From Cyanidioschyzon merolae (Eukaryota): a stretch of 64,000 nucleotides of DNA. Below the pieces are notes generated by a model, which saw nothing but the letters and a program-made list of their open reading frames with translations, was not told the origin of the DNA and searched no databases. The translations under genes and the position numbers were made by a program. Shown here piece after piece: positions 44,450-54,747 of this stretch. Positions within the stretch are counted from its first letter, which is position 1. The number at the start of each line of letters is the position of its first letter. The stretch lies in the NCBI GenBank assembly GCA_000091205.1, contig AP006494.2, one strand, 5' to 3'.

Positions 44450-44661
44450 GACGCAGGCATTATAGTGCGCTTGGGGTTCAAGAGCTCCTGGTGTGCAGCG
44501 CTCACGACGCTTTCGCTGGGACTGGAGCGTTCCATTCACAGTCTGCACGTTTCGTGCACGCGGAGCAAGACGGAGTTCAGTTCACTGTAGACGCTACTTT
44601 GGCGATTGGGACGGTGTGAAACTGCCTGCACCCGTGTTTCTGCCTCCGAAGCTTCCCACTG

Positions 44662-46218
44662 GTGAAAATGCAAGCAGCGGCCGCTCTGAGCTCCAGCCAG
44701 AACGGTCCCACGGAAGCGCAAGGGGTTCTCGTCGGGCACCCTGTGCTCCAGGAGGCGCCCATTGAGGCGTCTGTGGAGAGTCAGCTGGAGCAGCTAGCAA
44801 AACGGGAAGATGTCACTGCAAGCCGCGTCTACTACGCTGCGAGAAGCGCAGTGGTGCACATCAGTTCCATGGAGTCGTTGCGAGCAGCGGCTCGTCGAGG
44901 ATTCCGGAAACTATGGCCACCGTTTCCCTACGGCCCCGAGTCACCGGACGACGAGGACGATACCGAGGACGAGGATGCGTCGGCAGCACGTGCTGCCGAA
45001 CCCTCTGAACCTGAGCCAAAGCGTGGACTCCCAGAGCCGCCTCTCGCTAGTCCACACGAACGTCCGGAGGAGGAATGGATCCTTCGGGGAACTGGAACAG
45101 GGTTCTGTTTCGACGCTGACCTCCACATCGTCACCAATGCGCACGTCGTTGCGGGCGCCTCACGGTACTGGGTACGGTTCATCAGCGGTGATCAGGTTCC
45201 AGCACAGGTGCTGGGCCTCGACTCAGAGCATGATATTGCGGTTTTGCAACCGCGCTGGGAGGGCGCATCCAGCGACCAGAGTGCCCCACTCCGTGAGCTA
45301 GCGGCGCTACCATCCGATGCACCACGAACGCTTTCCAACGCGGTGGCTAGCCGCTGGTCGCAGGGTGCGAACCTTACAGTGCGCAAGCGCCTCCTCGAAA
45401 CCATTCAACCGCTCCGTTTCGGTGACTCTACCAAGTTACTCGTGGGTCAGCGCGTATTCGCGATCGGAAACCCGTTTTCCCTAGAACACACGCTGACTGC
45501 CGGCATCTTGTCGGGTGTCGGTCGTGAGGTTGCCTCCCGCCGATCTGGAGGTATTCCCATGTTTGGACTCTTGCAGACCGATGCTGCGCTCAATGCCGGT
45601 AACTCGGGTGGTCCACTGCTCGACTCAAATGGCTGTGTCATTGGGATGAACTGTGCGATTGCGAGTCCTAGTGGAGCCTTTGCGGGTGTCGGGTTCGCGA
45701 TACCGATTCATACCGTTCGACGAGTTGCAGAGGAGATCCTGACGCGTGGCCGCGCTTCTCGCCCGGGTCTGGGCGTCACTTTCGCGCCGACTGCACTCAC
45801 GCGTCGACTGGGTATTCGTCGCGGTGTGCTCATTTTAAACGTGCTCCCAGATGGACCAGCTGCAAGGGCGGGGCTGCGGCCCACCAGGCGGCTAGAGCGA
45901 CTCTATCTCGGTGATGTGATTCTCAGCGTCGATAACCATCCGGTGAACGACGCCGTTGATGTGATGCGCATCCTGCAACAGAAACGCGTTGGTGACACAG
46001 TGAAACTCGCTGTGGCGAATGCATCTGAGATACTCGCGCTGCAGGGCGGTACCCAAGCATGGTCAGACAAGTTGCCACCGGCAATGAACCGAGCGCATCC
46101 ATCGCCTTCGGAGGAAGAGGCCATTCGGGAAAAGTGGAAAGGGCTTCGGGTTCGTGAGGTTACCGTCCAGCTCGCAGACATTCCGAGAAGAGCGTGGCGT
46201 ATCGCTTCGAAACTCTGA
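44662..46218 (+). CDS. DegP/HtrA-type trypsin-like serine protease with C-terminal PDZ domain (Deg protease)
   Basis: The catalytic triad context is clear: His in HIVTNAHVV, Asp in DIAVLQ, Ser in LNAGNSGGPLLD. IGNPFSLEHTLTAGILSG and GFAIPI are typical of HtrA. The C-terminal LGV...ILNVLPDGPAARAGLR...GDVILSVDNHPV is a PDZ domain. Confidence 0.85.
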   Translation: MKMQAAAALSSSQNGPTEAQGVLVGHPVLQEAPIEASVESQLEQLAKREDVTASRVYYAARSAVVHISSMESLRAAARRGFRKLWPPFPYGPESPDDEDDTEDEDASAARAAEPSEPEPKRGLPEPPLASPHERPEEEWILRGTGTGFCFDADLHIVTNAHVVAGASRYWVRFISGDQVPAQVLGLDSEHDIAVLQPRWEGASSDQSAPLRELAALPSDAPRTLSNAVASRWSQGANLTVRKRLLETIQPLRFGDSTKLLVGQRVFAIGNPFSLEHTLTAGILSGVGREVASRRSGGIPMFGLLQTDAALNAGNSGGPLLDSNGCVIGMNCAIASPSGAFAGVGFAIPIHTVRRVAEEILTRGRASRPGLGVTFAPTALTRRLGIRRGVLILNVLPDGPAARAGLRPTRRLERLYLGDVILSVDNHPVNDAVDVMRILQQKRVGDTVKLAVANASEILALQGGTQAWSDKLPPAMNRAHPSPSEEEAIREKWKGLRVREVTVQLADIPRRAWRIASKL

Positions 46219-46894
46219 AATGTCCGTGAGTCGCCGCTTGTACGGCATGCCTCCATGGGGTCCAGCGGCACCAGTTGCGGGCCCTGGTTACGTGAACGTA
46301 CCGAGAGGCTTTTTTGTCAGACACGGGAGGGTCACTATGCGAACGATACGTTACTCATGAATATGTTCATAAACCCCTGGTCCAGTTGTATGCGATTGCA
46401 GGGTACGTTCGTATTCGGATGAGGCCAACGAGCGACTCCAGCAGGCGACATCGTGCGCTGCGCACCCGGTGTTGTCGTCGACTCGGTCGGTGAGGATTCG
46501 CTGCTGAGGCCCCGCGGTATCGCGCTCTCAACAACCAGCACAAGCTTCGCACGCTGAGCGACAAAAGCGCAGTGCCTCAGCTCTAGAACCTAGATCCTAT
46601 GTGCTCTGTTTCAGTACTGCGTTTCGTGAAAGATGCGTTGAAGAGACGTACCTGAAGGCTCCACCTGGTTTCCACAAAAAAAAAGCGACGCTGGTCCCGG
46701 AAACGCCCTGAATACTGCTGCTGTACGATTCCATCGAACAGGTGCTGGTTGCTCGCCTTGAGCATCGAATGCAGAGGACGCAGGAACACTCGAGGAGTCG
46801 CTCGTGAAAGCGTTCTCTAGGGAGAGCGCTCCGACGCCACGACCAAAATAGACGTTACAGTCAGTGCACCGAATAAAACAGGAAACCGTATTCG

Positions 46895-47254
46895 TTGAAC
46901 CGAAGGCTGCCACTTGCACGCAAGATGCCTCGTGGTGTCGATAAGGAACACTTACCCACCAAAGTCTGCGAGGTGTGTGGACGTCCGTTTACGTGGCGAA
47001 AAAAGTGGGCTCGATGCTGGAACCAGGTTTCGGTGTGCTCCAAGCGTTGTCAACAAGAGCGACGACACCAGAAACGACAAGAAAAAGCGTCAGACGCGGA
47101 TGGAAGCGTTTCCACGTTTTCGAGTGTCGCTTCGCAGGGTGCACGAGCACTGGCGCTTGCTGCACTGCGGTTTGCGATCGTGGTGGGGTGTCGACAAGGG
47201 TCCAGCGCTGGGCGAACACTTGGCTGGTGTCCTTGGCGACTGGGCATTCATTGA
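46895..47254 (+). CDS. Small zinc-ribbon protein with a DUF2256-like motif
   Basis: [31 protein letters not shown] matches the DUF2256 signature (K.C..C.RPF.WRKKW...W..V.YCS.RC). The start may be the second Met (MPRGV). The C-terminal half is low-complexity. Confidence 0.5.
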   Translation: MNRRLPLARKMPRGVDKEHLPTKVCEVCGRPFTWRKKWARCWNQVSVCSKRCQQERRHQKRQEKASDADGSVSTFSSVASQGARALALAALRFAIVVGCRQGSSAGRTLGWCPWRLGIH

Positions 47255-47407
47255 GAAGGTGCAGGGGAGACACACACGTTGTGACGGAAAACGTTTTGCG
47301 TCTGCTAAAAAGTTTTAGCGTTCGGGAAACCGGGCGCATCGTGATCGAGTGCAGCGAGAACACCGAACAACCCGCAAACCCTTGCATATGCGAATCTGTC
47401 TTAGCGT

Positions 47408-50011
47408 TCAGGAACTGGTCTCCGCATCCGTCGGTTCGGTATCCGTCGAGTCGGGCGTTGGCTGTCGTTGGACAAGCGCAACTTTCGTGGTGGAACCTGC
47501 CGATTCAGGTGCCAGGTTCTGGTCGCCACTCGGGGGGTTTGTAGCCTCCTCGTGCGAAATTGTGCGACTCTTTTTCTCCGAGAGAATGATCAAGCGCTTA
47601 TTGCGCTCAATGGTGTTCTCGATCGGACATTTTTCCAAACTGATTTTGGGAAGCGATCGATTCGTCTCCACAGGTTCGTTCGATGCTGTTACAGTTACCT
47701 GAACGGCTGGTGTGCCTCGTGGCTGACCGGTCTCCAGGCGGTAAGCACCTGCTATAGCTTGTGGCCCTGTTGATGGCTGCTGCACCGTCGCTGCAACCGA
47801 CAGCGACGGTGCCCATGAAGCATCAGCAGCAGTTGTAGCAGCAGCCAAGGTGTCCGCATCGGCAATGCCCTCTCGACGGTCCAGCCCGGCTGCGGATCGC
47901 AGCAGAGGATTCACCTGGTTCGGAGGCCCGGGATCTTTGGTCATTAGTTTCGAGGCTACGCTTGGCAACTGATGAGCCCGTGACATTCCTGCACTGATCT
48001 GCTCAGTGCCGGGGACTGCTGCTTCCGCAGATCCTCCTCCTCCTCCTCCTCCAGCATCTAATCGGTGCAATGTTTCTGCCCACGGTTCAGGTTGCGTCGG
48101 CACCATGCCCATTACGCCCGGAGCCTGCCCCGAAAAGGCACGCTCACCAAGAGTACGTGTTTCAGGGTAGGCTGCGTCTCGTCGCGACGTCACCTGCGCA
48201 GGTATCTGAGCATGAGCCGGATACGTGCGATGCAGCGGCGGGAAAGTATCCTGACGGCGGCTATCCGGTGGATAAGACAGGCCTTGCGCAGCCGGCGCTG
48301 ACGGCAGTATCGCCTGGCCGGTTGTTTTGGGAGCGCTCCGCCCGGGGGCACTGGTGACTGCCTCACCAGCCTGAAGCGTTGAACACATAGCCCGATATCG
48401 TTCCAGGTAGCTGATATTATGGGGATTCAGACTCATGGCGCGATGGTAAGCACTGCACGCATCAGCAAATTGTCCATAGTTCTCGTAGAGGATGCCGAGG
48501 TCAAACCAGACCTCCGCAAGTCCAGGATTCAAGCGAATAGCCCGCATATACGCATCAGCAGCATCCGAATACTGTTGAGCCTGGTAGTAGAGCACACCAA
48601 TTGAGCACCAGTAACTTGCGTTATTCGGCTCCCGTAATACTGCTTGCTGGTACGCGTTGCAGGCCTCTAAATGCTGCTCACTGAGGGCATAGGCGCGACC
48701 CAACAAATACCAACTATGTGCCCGATTCGGATCGAGTTGAACGCAGCGCCGAAGATGCTCAAGCGCAATGGGTACCTCATTCAGCAAGATGAGCGTCCAA
48801 GAGAGCTGCTGCAGTGCATCGACATCTCCGGGGTCTGCGATGAGCGCATTTTCGAAGGCCTTACGCGCTTCTGCTAAATTTTGGCAAAGCATGTATACGT
48901 GGCCAATCTCGCACCAGGTTCGCCCATCTGATAACGCGGATAGTTCTTCGTCGAGAACCAGGTCGAGGAGCGCGCGGCGAGCGCGGAAGAGGCGCTGTCT
49001 CTCCAGGGTTTCGTACTCTTTCTGAGCCATTCCGAGCACCATTTTTGTGGCAGCAGATTCACGCTGTCGCCCATTGTTTGACCCTGATGGTAGCAGCGGT
49101 CCATTGCCACGAGCTGCGCTCGTATCCGTAGTGAAGGAAGTTGCTCGTCGATTGGCAGTGCTCAGTGGTGCGGTCTCGTTGCCGATACGCAGTGTACTCG
49201 GTTGATCATTTTCGACAGCGTTGCCACTGTGCCGAGTTTTCTTCGTCATAAGAAGCGCTGCGCTACGTTCTTCGACGCGGTATTCAAGAGCCTGTGTGAA
49301 CAGGGCCAAGGCTGCATCATAATCTCGAGCCGCACATTTCAAGGTCGCCAGGTAGAATAAAGCAACATCTCGGAATTCGTCATTAACGGGCAAAAGTCTT
49401 TGGGTGACTTTGTATGCCTCAGCGGCTTCTTCGAGCTGCCCGTATAGCTGATACAGAATGCCTATGCCAGTCCACACGAGGGGATCCTTGGCGCTTTCGG
49501 GATCAAGCTCCATGCAGCGTTGGTAGGCCGCAAATGCACCCGGAATCTTGTGGCGCAGAAGGAGCGCTTTTGCGAGAGCCAACCAGCCCAGACGAAAGCG
49601 TGGGCAGGTTTCCAGGAGGAGCTCTAGTCGTTGCTGGGTTTCCTCCAGATGACCGCGCCGGTAATCAATGAGACAGAGACGAACCAGGGCAAGCTGGGCC
49701 CCAATGTCGGTTTCCAGCATTCTCAGTCGTTCTGGAGACGTGCCCGAAAGGATCGGCTTCGCGATCTGACTGTACATTACTCGAGCTTTCTCAAAATCAC
49801 CAAGGCATTCGAAAAGCAACCCTGTATCCAAGAAAACAAACTGGTTGTTTTCAAGCCGCGACGGATAACAGGACCTGTTCCAGAAATTCCGGCCTGTGGC
49901 AGCGGTACCAGTGCTCGTGGGCTCCCGTTCACTCGCGCTCCCCAGTTCCGGAGATACCCTGTTCAGAGACGGAATCGTATTCGACCACTCTCCCGGCTTA
50001 GGTGCGTCCAT
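47408..50011 (-). CDS. CYC8: Ssn6/Cyc8-like TPR-repeat transcriptional corepressor
   Basis: The tandem TPRs AHSWYLLGRAYALSEQHLEACNAYQQAVLREPNNASYWCSIGVLYYQAQQYSDAADAYMRAIRLNPGLAEVWFDLGILYENYGQFADACSAYHRAMSLNP align to Cyc8/Ssn6 (and the UTX TPR) block for block (AWYLLGRCYM....AYEAYQQAVYRD..NPTFWCSIGVLYYQI.QY.DALDAY.RAIRLNP...EVWYDLGTLYE). It has at least 10 TPRs in total, plus a Gly7 tract from (TCC)7 at 48035-48058. Confidence 0.8.
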   Translation of the reverse strand: MDAPKPGEWSNTIPSLNRVSPELGSASEREPTSTGTAATGRNFWNRSCYPSRLENNQFVFLDTGLLFECLGDFEKARVMYSQIAKPILSGTSPERLRMLETDIGAQLALVRLCLIDYRRGHLEETQQRLELLLETCPRFRLGWLALAKALLLRHKIPGAFAAYQRCMELDPESAKDPLVWTGIGILYQLYGQLEEAAEAYKVTQRLLPVNDEFRDVALFYLATLKCAARDYDAALALFTQALEYRVEERSAALLMTKKTRHSGNAVENDQPSTLRIGNETAPLSTANRRATSFTTDTSAARGNGPLLPSGSNNGRQRESAATKMVLGMAQKEYETLERQRLFRARRALLDLVLDEELSALSDGRTWCEIGHVYMLCQNLAEARKAFENALIADPGDVDALQQLSWTLILLNEVPIALEHLRRCVQLDPNRAHSWYLLGRAYALSEQHLEACNAYQQAVLREPNNASYWCSIGVLYYQAQQYSDAADAYMRAIRLNPGLAEVWFDLGILYENYGQFADACSAYHRAMSLNPHNISYLERYRAMCSTLQAGEAVTSAPGRSAPKTTGQAILPSAPAAQGLSYPPDSRRQDTFPPLHRTYPAHAQIPAQVTSRRDAAYPETRTLGERAFSGQAPGVMGMVPTQPEPWAETLHRLDAGGGGGGGSAEAAVPGTEQISAGMSRAHQLPSVASKLMTKDPGPPNQVNPLLRSAAGLDRREGIADADTLAAATTAADASWAPSLSVAATVQQPSTGPQAIAGAYRLETGQPRGTPAVQVTVTASNEPVETNRSLPKISLEKCPIENTIERNKRLIILSEKKSRTISHEEATNPPSGDQNLAPESAGSTTKVALVQRQPTPDSTDTEPTDAETSS

Positions 50012-52965
50012 GTTCAGTCGCTGGAATGCTGGAATCGTTCCGCACCAAAAGCACCTCTACGAAACCCGATGGAACCCTCCGAAACACCGAGCGCTGTCGC
50101 TACAACGGCCCTGCAGCCAAGCTGATGCAACAAAGCTCCCACAATATGCGCTCTGGCAGCGCACGCAACCCAGAAGTGACAAAAGTATACAGCTCCTTCG
50201 AGTCGAGTCGCCAGATAAAGTCTCCAACTTCGAGTCGCGAAAACTTCACAGATTCTTTTTCAGAGACAAGGAACAGTCAAGTCTATGAGCATAAAACCGT
50301 CTTCGCAACTTTTTGTGAAGAATTTCAAAAGCGGTATAATCACAGCGCTTCAACAGAGTGCTGCGAGTGCAAACACGTTGCAGCACGCAAGCAACCTGCA
50401 CCGGTGCTCCCAGTCCGCAAACGCTCCCAGGCGAAGATGACCTCCTGCTCCCCTCAGCTGTCGATTTCCTACCAAAACAAAGAGAGCAAACACGCTCTGC
50501 GTGCTGCCGTCCCCAAAACCTGGCGCACACGCTCGCAAACTTCCGGGTACGCACCGCGCGCAAAACAGTGCACGCCAGCGTCCGCTTCAAGAACGCTCCG
50601 TTTCCACACCTCTACTGTACGAATAGAAGTTAAGCCACTGCTCCAGTGTAAAGTCAAACCTCAGCACCACTGTCGGTATCAATATAGATGATACAGAACA
50701 ACAAGCGCTTTTCGTTGTACGTCCCAAAAAGGACCTTTCCCAAAAGTCTCCAGTGAGCAACGCTTCAACTGTTACATGCGAGCTGGATACACATGGAACG
50801 CAGCGCTCGATTCACCGCGAGGCGAACGCTGCCGCGCGGCGCGCAATCTTCGCACCCGCGATGCCTTGACGCGCGCCATCTTACGAGAGCGTCGAAATCG
50901 CCCTTCAAAAACGTGACCATTTGGATGAGACGTGACATCTACGGTGATCCCGCGGATACATCGATCTGTAACGATGCACACGGCGGCAGCGTCGATGACG
51001 GCAACGTCGATAACGACGGCGATGACGGCAACGTCGATGTTGGATGCCAGCGGCGTACGCGTTCTCGACATTCACGCTAAAATATGGGAAGTAGGCGCCA
51101 CAAAGCAAATTTTTCTGGTTGCGCATAGGCTACTGGAATCAGCGGAGAGCACTGTGTTTATGTTCGGGCGCTTCCAGATTCTCTCATACTTAGAGAATCG
51201 ATAACCTTTGGAACAGAGGAACTTGTGGATCGAGAGAGAGCATCCCTGCTGCAGAGCGCAGTGTGCACAACGCGGACGTGTCGAGAGAGACCGCCGCATC
51301 GGTAGTCCCCGCAGCCGCAACTGAGTATAGACGTGTGAGTCCTGTGGCAGGTGATCGCGCCCGTTCGTAATGCTTACCATTGTGATACCCTTCTGGAGAC
51401 TGTGGCGAGCGTCGGATGACCGCTTGGTTCCCAGGCTTGGCGCAGTGCGGCGACATGGAGTTTCGCTCTGGGATCATTCGGGGCATAGTCCATCTTCTCG
51501 GTAAGCGCTACGTGAGACCGAAATAGGATGCAACGTTTGGACAGGCGAGGGAGCTTCGAGGTTCTTGATCATGAACCTTTGACGCGAGCATGAACGCAGT
51601 GTTTCTGGTCTGGCCGTCGTGCGTTCACGTGCACAATATGGCCGGTTCGCTATTTTGTTCATTATATGCGCTGTTCCCCGCCGATTTACCTAGTGGACGT
51701 AACGCGCGACTTGTTCATTATCTTTTTTATTTTACCGCCGGTCCTCTGCGCGCTTTCGACTGTGCAGATTGAGCACCGTCCCGAATGGCGACGACTGCGT
51801 TCATCCTGCGCCTTTCCAAACTAGCTACCATACGCGATGCGGCATTGCTCGCTAGACACAGCTCTCCCTGCAGCTGAATGCCCCGATACCACGTGATTCG
51901 TATTTTGTCTTCCAGTCTACATCAAATAGACTCTTTTCGAGCTTGGAGCGACCGCCGTCCTCCTTGAGCACCAACGATATACCCATTGGCGAATATGCAG
52001 CACCGGCAGCGGGTGCCGGGCACTGCCGAGCACCCAGCTGCGGCACAACGCGACTCTGCAACCAATCAGTACAGAGATGCCTCGCTGATTTCACATGCCT
52101 CCGCTTCTACTTCGAGACACTGCACTTGTGTATGAATGCCCGGTGCTTCCAGGCATTCGAGATTCTTCTAGATTCCAGGGCACCAATCTGCATCTTGATG
52201 AATCTGAATGGACACTTTCATCCGGTGCTGCACGCATGCACGAATGGACACGTGTCCATGCGTGCACAGACAGCACGCATGGACAGCACGCATCCGCATG
52301 CTGCAGTGCCGCTTATGAACTGCGTTGAGCTTGTAGCACCTGGGTATGCTCTTTTACGTTAGGAGCTGCTCGCTTAGAGAAACTCTACCAAGGTAACCAT
52401 TCTGGGCATCTGGGTTTTTTTATGTCGCTTCGAGAGACGGTTTTATGCTCTGGCCAAGTACGACATGACGAATGCTTGGTGTTCCATCGAGTGGGAAGCG
52501 CGCTTTGTGCAGCGTGTACAGCAACGGCGCGCTTCTTCGTCGTAGTTTCGGCGCTCGTCAAGCATGACGAACGTCCGCACACTCTAACGTACCGTTTGCG
52601 CGCATCTGCCGCGTATAGCTATAAACCGTGTGCTGACGACGAAATAGTCCCGCTGGTGGCAGCGACTCGGCAGCGACCTCTGCAGCGTGCGCCGCACTGC
52701 CCGTGCGGAGCCTGCGTTCGCGCCCCGCCGCTGGGATTGCTGTTCAGTGCGTAGTCAGCAAGCAAGAAATAGACGGCCTCGCACGTCCACACTTGCCGGA
52801 CGTTTGCGAGCTACTGGGCCTGCAGCTTGCTAAAAACACTCTGATGGTCGGTTTGAGTGACTTTTGATCTCGTACCAAAGGCACATCCATTGCCTAGAGC
52901 TTTGGGGTGCGTTCCGGCCCCGATAAGCGCCAAGGCGTTTACAGCGAGCGGGACGCGGCAAGCGG

Positions 52966-54573
52966 GTGTGCTCAATGACCTCTGCAGGTTCCCGAGCTAG
53001 CACCGATGAGGATGTAGGTTTGGAGCGACTCCTGGGACCGGTGCAACGTACCTGTTACGACGCATGGCTGTCCAAATGCCTTGCTGCGCGGTGCGGCTTC
53101 TTCGAGGACGCCTACATCGCGCTACTGGATCCGATCCAGAGGCTGGCAGCTGATTCGGCAACATCGTGCCCGCAACGGCGTGGAGAGCGGCAGCGGTTGC
53201 CGTGTCAGCACGGCGGTTTGTCAGCAGCGATTTCGGACGGCAGCCAGCGGCACGCATCGATACCCACTGTCGACCGAGGTGGCAAGCCAAGCGGAAGCAG
53301 CGCGCCGCACCCAGGCCGTGGCAAGGCGTTCCGAGAAGCTGCTGGCCCAGATTTCGCGTCATCGTCATATTCAGCGTGCGGCGATGTAGACGACGGCGAG
53401 GGCACGCATTTGAATGCCGCGGGGCATCAAACGCTGGTAGGAGGCCAGCGAAACGGGCATAACGGCGCTGGGACTGCGCAACTGCTGAGCCTAGGCCAAC
53501 GAGTACCGCGGTCGTTGCGTGTAAATAGCAGTGGCTTGGACGCGGTGCTCCTGCACGGCACGTACGCTCGGGTCATGGCGCTGCGTCACATCATGGACAC
53601 AGTCCTCGAGCGCCTGCGGTTGAAAGCGGGCGCGAGCCACCAGCCACCGATGCTGCAGTTGCTCTCGCTCGGCGCTGGACTCGATAGTATGCCATTCTGG
53701 TTACTAGAGCGGTCGCGTCAGGCAAGCGTGGCGGCGTCTTCATCACACCGAGAAGTGCCGCTGCCGCAGGTTCGCTACCATGAACTGGATACCGAGCAGG
53801 TGGCGTCGCTCAAGGCGTTGTGCATTCGACGGCAGGCAGCGCTCGCTCGCGCCATCCAAGCACCTGTCGCCGACGTGCAGGCACGCGGTGCGGGAAGCGC
53901 GGACGCATACGCGGGAGTCGCCGTCGCTGGCGCGCAGGCACCCGATGTTGCATCCAAGGTGCAGGTGGTGCTCGAAACCCCGGTGTATGCGCTGATCGCG
54001 GCGGACCTCTGCAGCGGCCGCTCCGTTCTCGGTGCTGCTCTCGAGCGCCTGCAGCGACATGGAGGCATGCGGCGCGAACCGAGCTTCACGCTCATTCTCC
54101 TGGAGTGCGTTCTGGCGTACCTGTCGCCGGCGGATACCGTGAATGTCCTAGAGGCATTGCGCGAGCAGTTCGCGAACCACCCGGCACTGCTGGTGTGCTA
54201 CGATCCGATCGGCCTGGACGACGCGTTCGGTCGCCACATGCAACAACGCCTAGAAGAACGCGGTGCTCCGCTGCAAGGTCTGAATTGCCGCGCGACCCTG
54301 GATGAGGCTGTTCGCAACCTTGAGTCGTTGTTTGCACCTGGAGCGGCATCGAAGCATCCGGGCCGCGGCATGGATATGATGGAGGTCTACCAGCGACTCC
54401 GGGACGACGCTTGCGAACGGAGCAGGATCGAGCGCATCGTTGCACTCGATGAAGTCGAAGAGCTGCGCCTCTTGATGCGTCACTATGGACTGATTTGGGT
54501 GAGTAATGAGCATGCAGAAGTATTTGACTTTTTCAAACCTAGCAGATTCCAAGGCTCAGCGGTCGACGCCTAG
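52966..54573 (+). CDS. Leucine carboxyl methyltransferase family protein (PP2A methyltransferase LCMT1/Ppm1-like), with a ~130-aa low-complexity insertion in the N-terminal region
   Basis: VQRTCYDAWLSKCLAARCGFFEDAYIALL aligns to LCMT1 [29 protein letters not shown], and GTYARVMALRHIM to GYFARVHGVSQLI. The SAM motif I is LSLGAGLDSMPFWLL (LCMT NLGAGMDTTFWRL), and the motif ILLECVLAYLSP (LCMT SECVLIYM) is also present. Confidence 0.75.
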   Translation: MCSMTSAGSRASTDEDVGLERLLGPVQRTCYDAWLSKCLAARCGFFEDAYIALLDPIQRLAADSATSCPQRRGERQRLPCQHGGLSAAISDGSQRHASIPTVDRGGKPSGSSAPHPGRGKAFREAAGPDFASSSYSACGDVDDGEGTHLNAAGHQTLVGGQRNGHNGAGTAQLLSLGQRVPRSLRVNSSGLDAVLLHGTYARVMALRHIMDTVLERLRLKAGASHQPPMLQLLSLGAGLDSMPFWLLERSRQASVAASSSHREVPLPQVRYHELDTEQVASLKALCIRRQAALARAIQAPVADVQARGAGSADAYAGVAVAGAQAPDVASKVQVVLETPVYALIAADLCSGRSVLGAALERLQRHGGMRREPSFTLILLECVLAYLSPADTVNVLEALREQFANHPALLVCYDPIGLDDAFGRHMQQRLEERGAPLQGLNCRATLDEAVRNLESLFAPGAASKHPGRGMDMMEVYQRLRDDACERSRIERIVALDEVEELRLLMRHYGLIWVSNEHAEVFDFFKPSRFQGSAVDA

Positions 54574-54660
54574 CCGGCAACAGCGGTATTCACAAGCGGC
54601 AGCTGCGGCTCGACACCGTGGACTACGCGCAAGCGGCCTTGTGCGGGCAATGCTCTACCC

Positions 54661-54686
54661 ACAGCAGTAGCAGCAGCAGTAGCAGC

Positions 54687-54745
<59 letters not shown>
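54661..54745. repeat. (CAG/TAG)n trinucleotide tract, about 28 units, about 90 bp downstream of the LCMT stop
   Basis: Read directly from the sequence. Spurious ORFs translate it as poly-Leu, poly-Cys or poly-Ser. Confidence 0.85.

Positions 54746-54747
<2 letters not shown>

Noticed and set aside
48035-48058. (TCC)7 tract inside the Ssn6/Cyc8 coding region
   Set aside because: It is in frame and encodes a Gly7 linker (DAGGGGGGGSAE) between TPR-containing halves. That is an ordinary coding microsatellite, not a separate feature.
50002-50691. 229-aa Ser/Thr/Arg-rich ORF upstream of the Ssn6/Cyc8 gene
   Set aside because: It is low-complexity with no motifs, and lies in the expected promoter and 5-prime UTR of the convergently oriented TPR gene. 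It is most likely non-coding.
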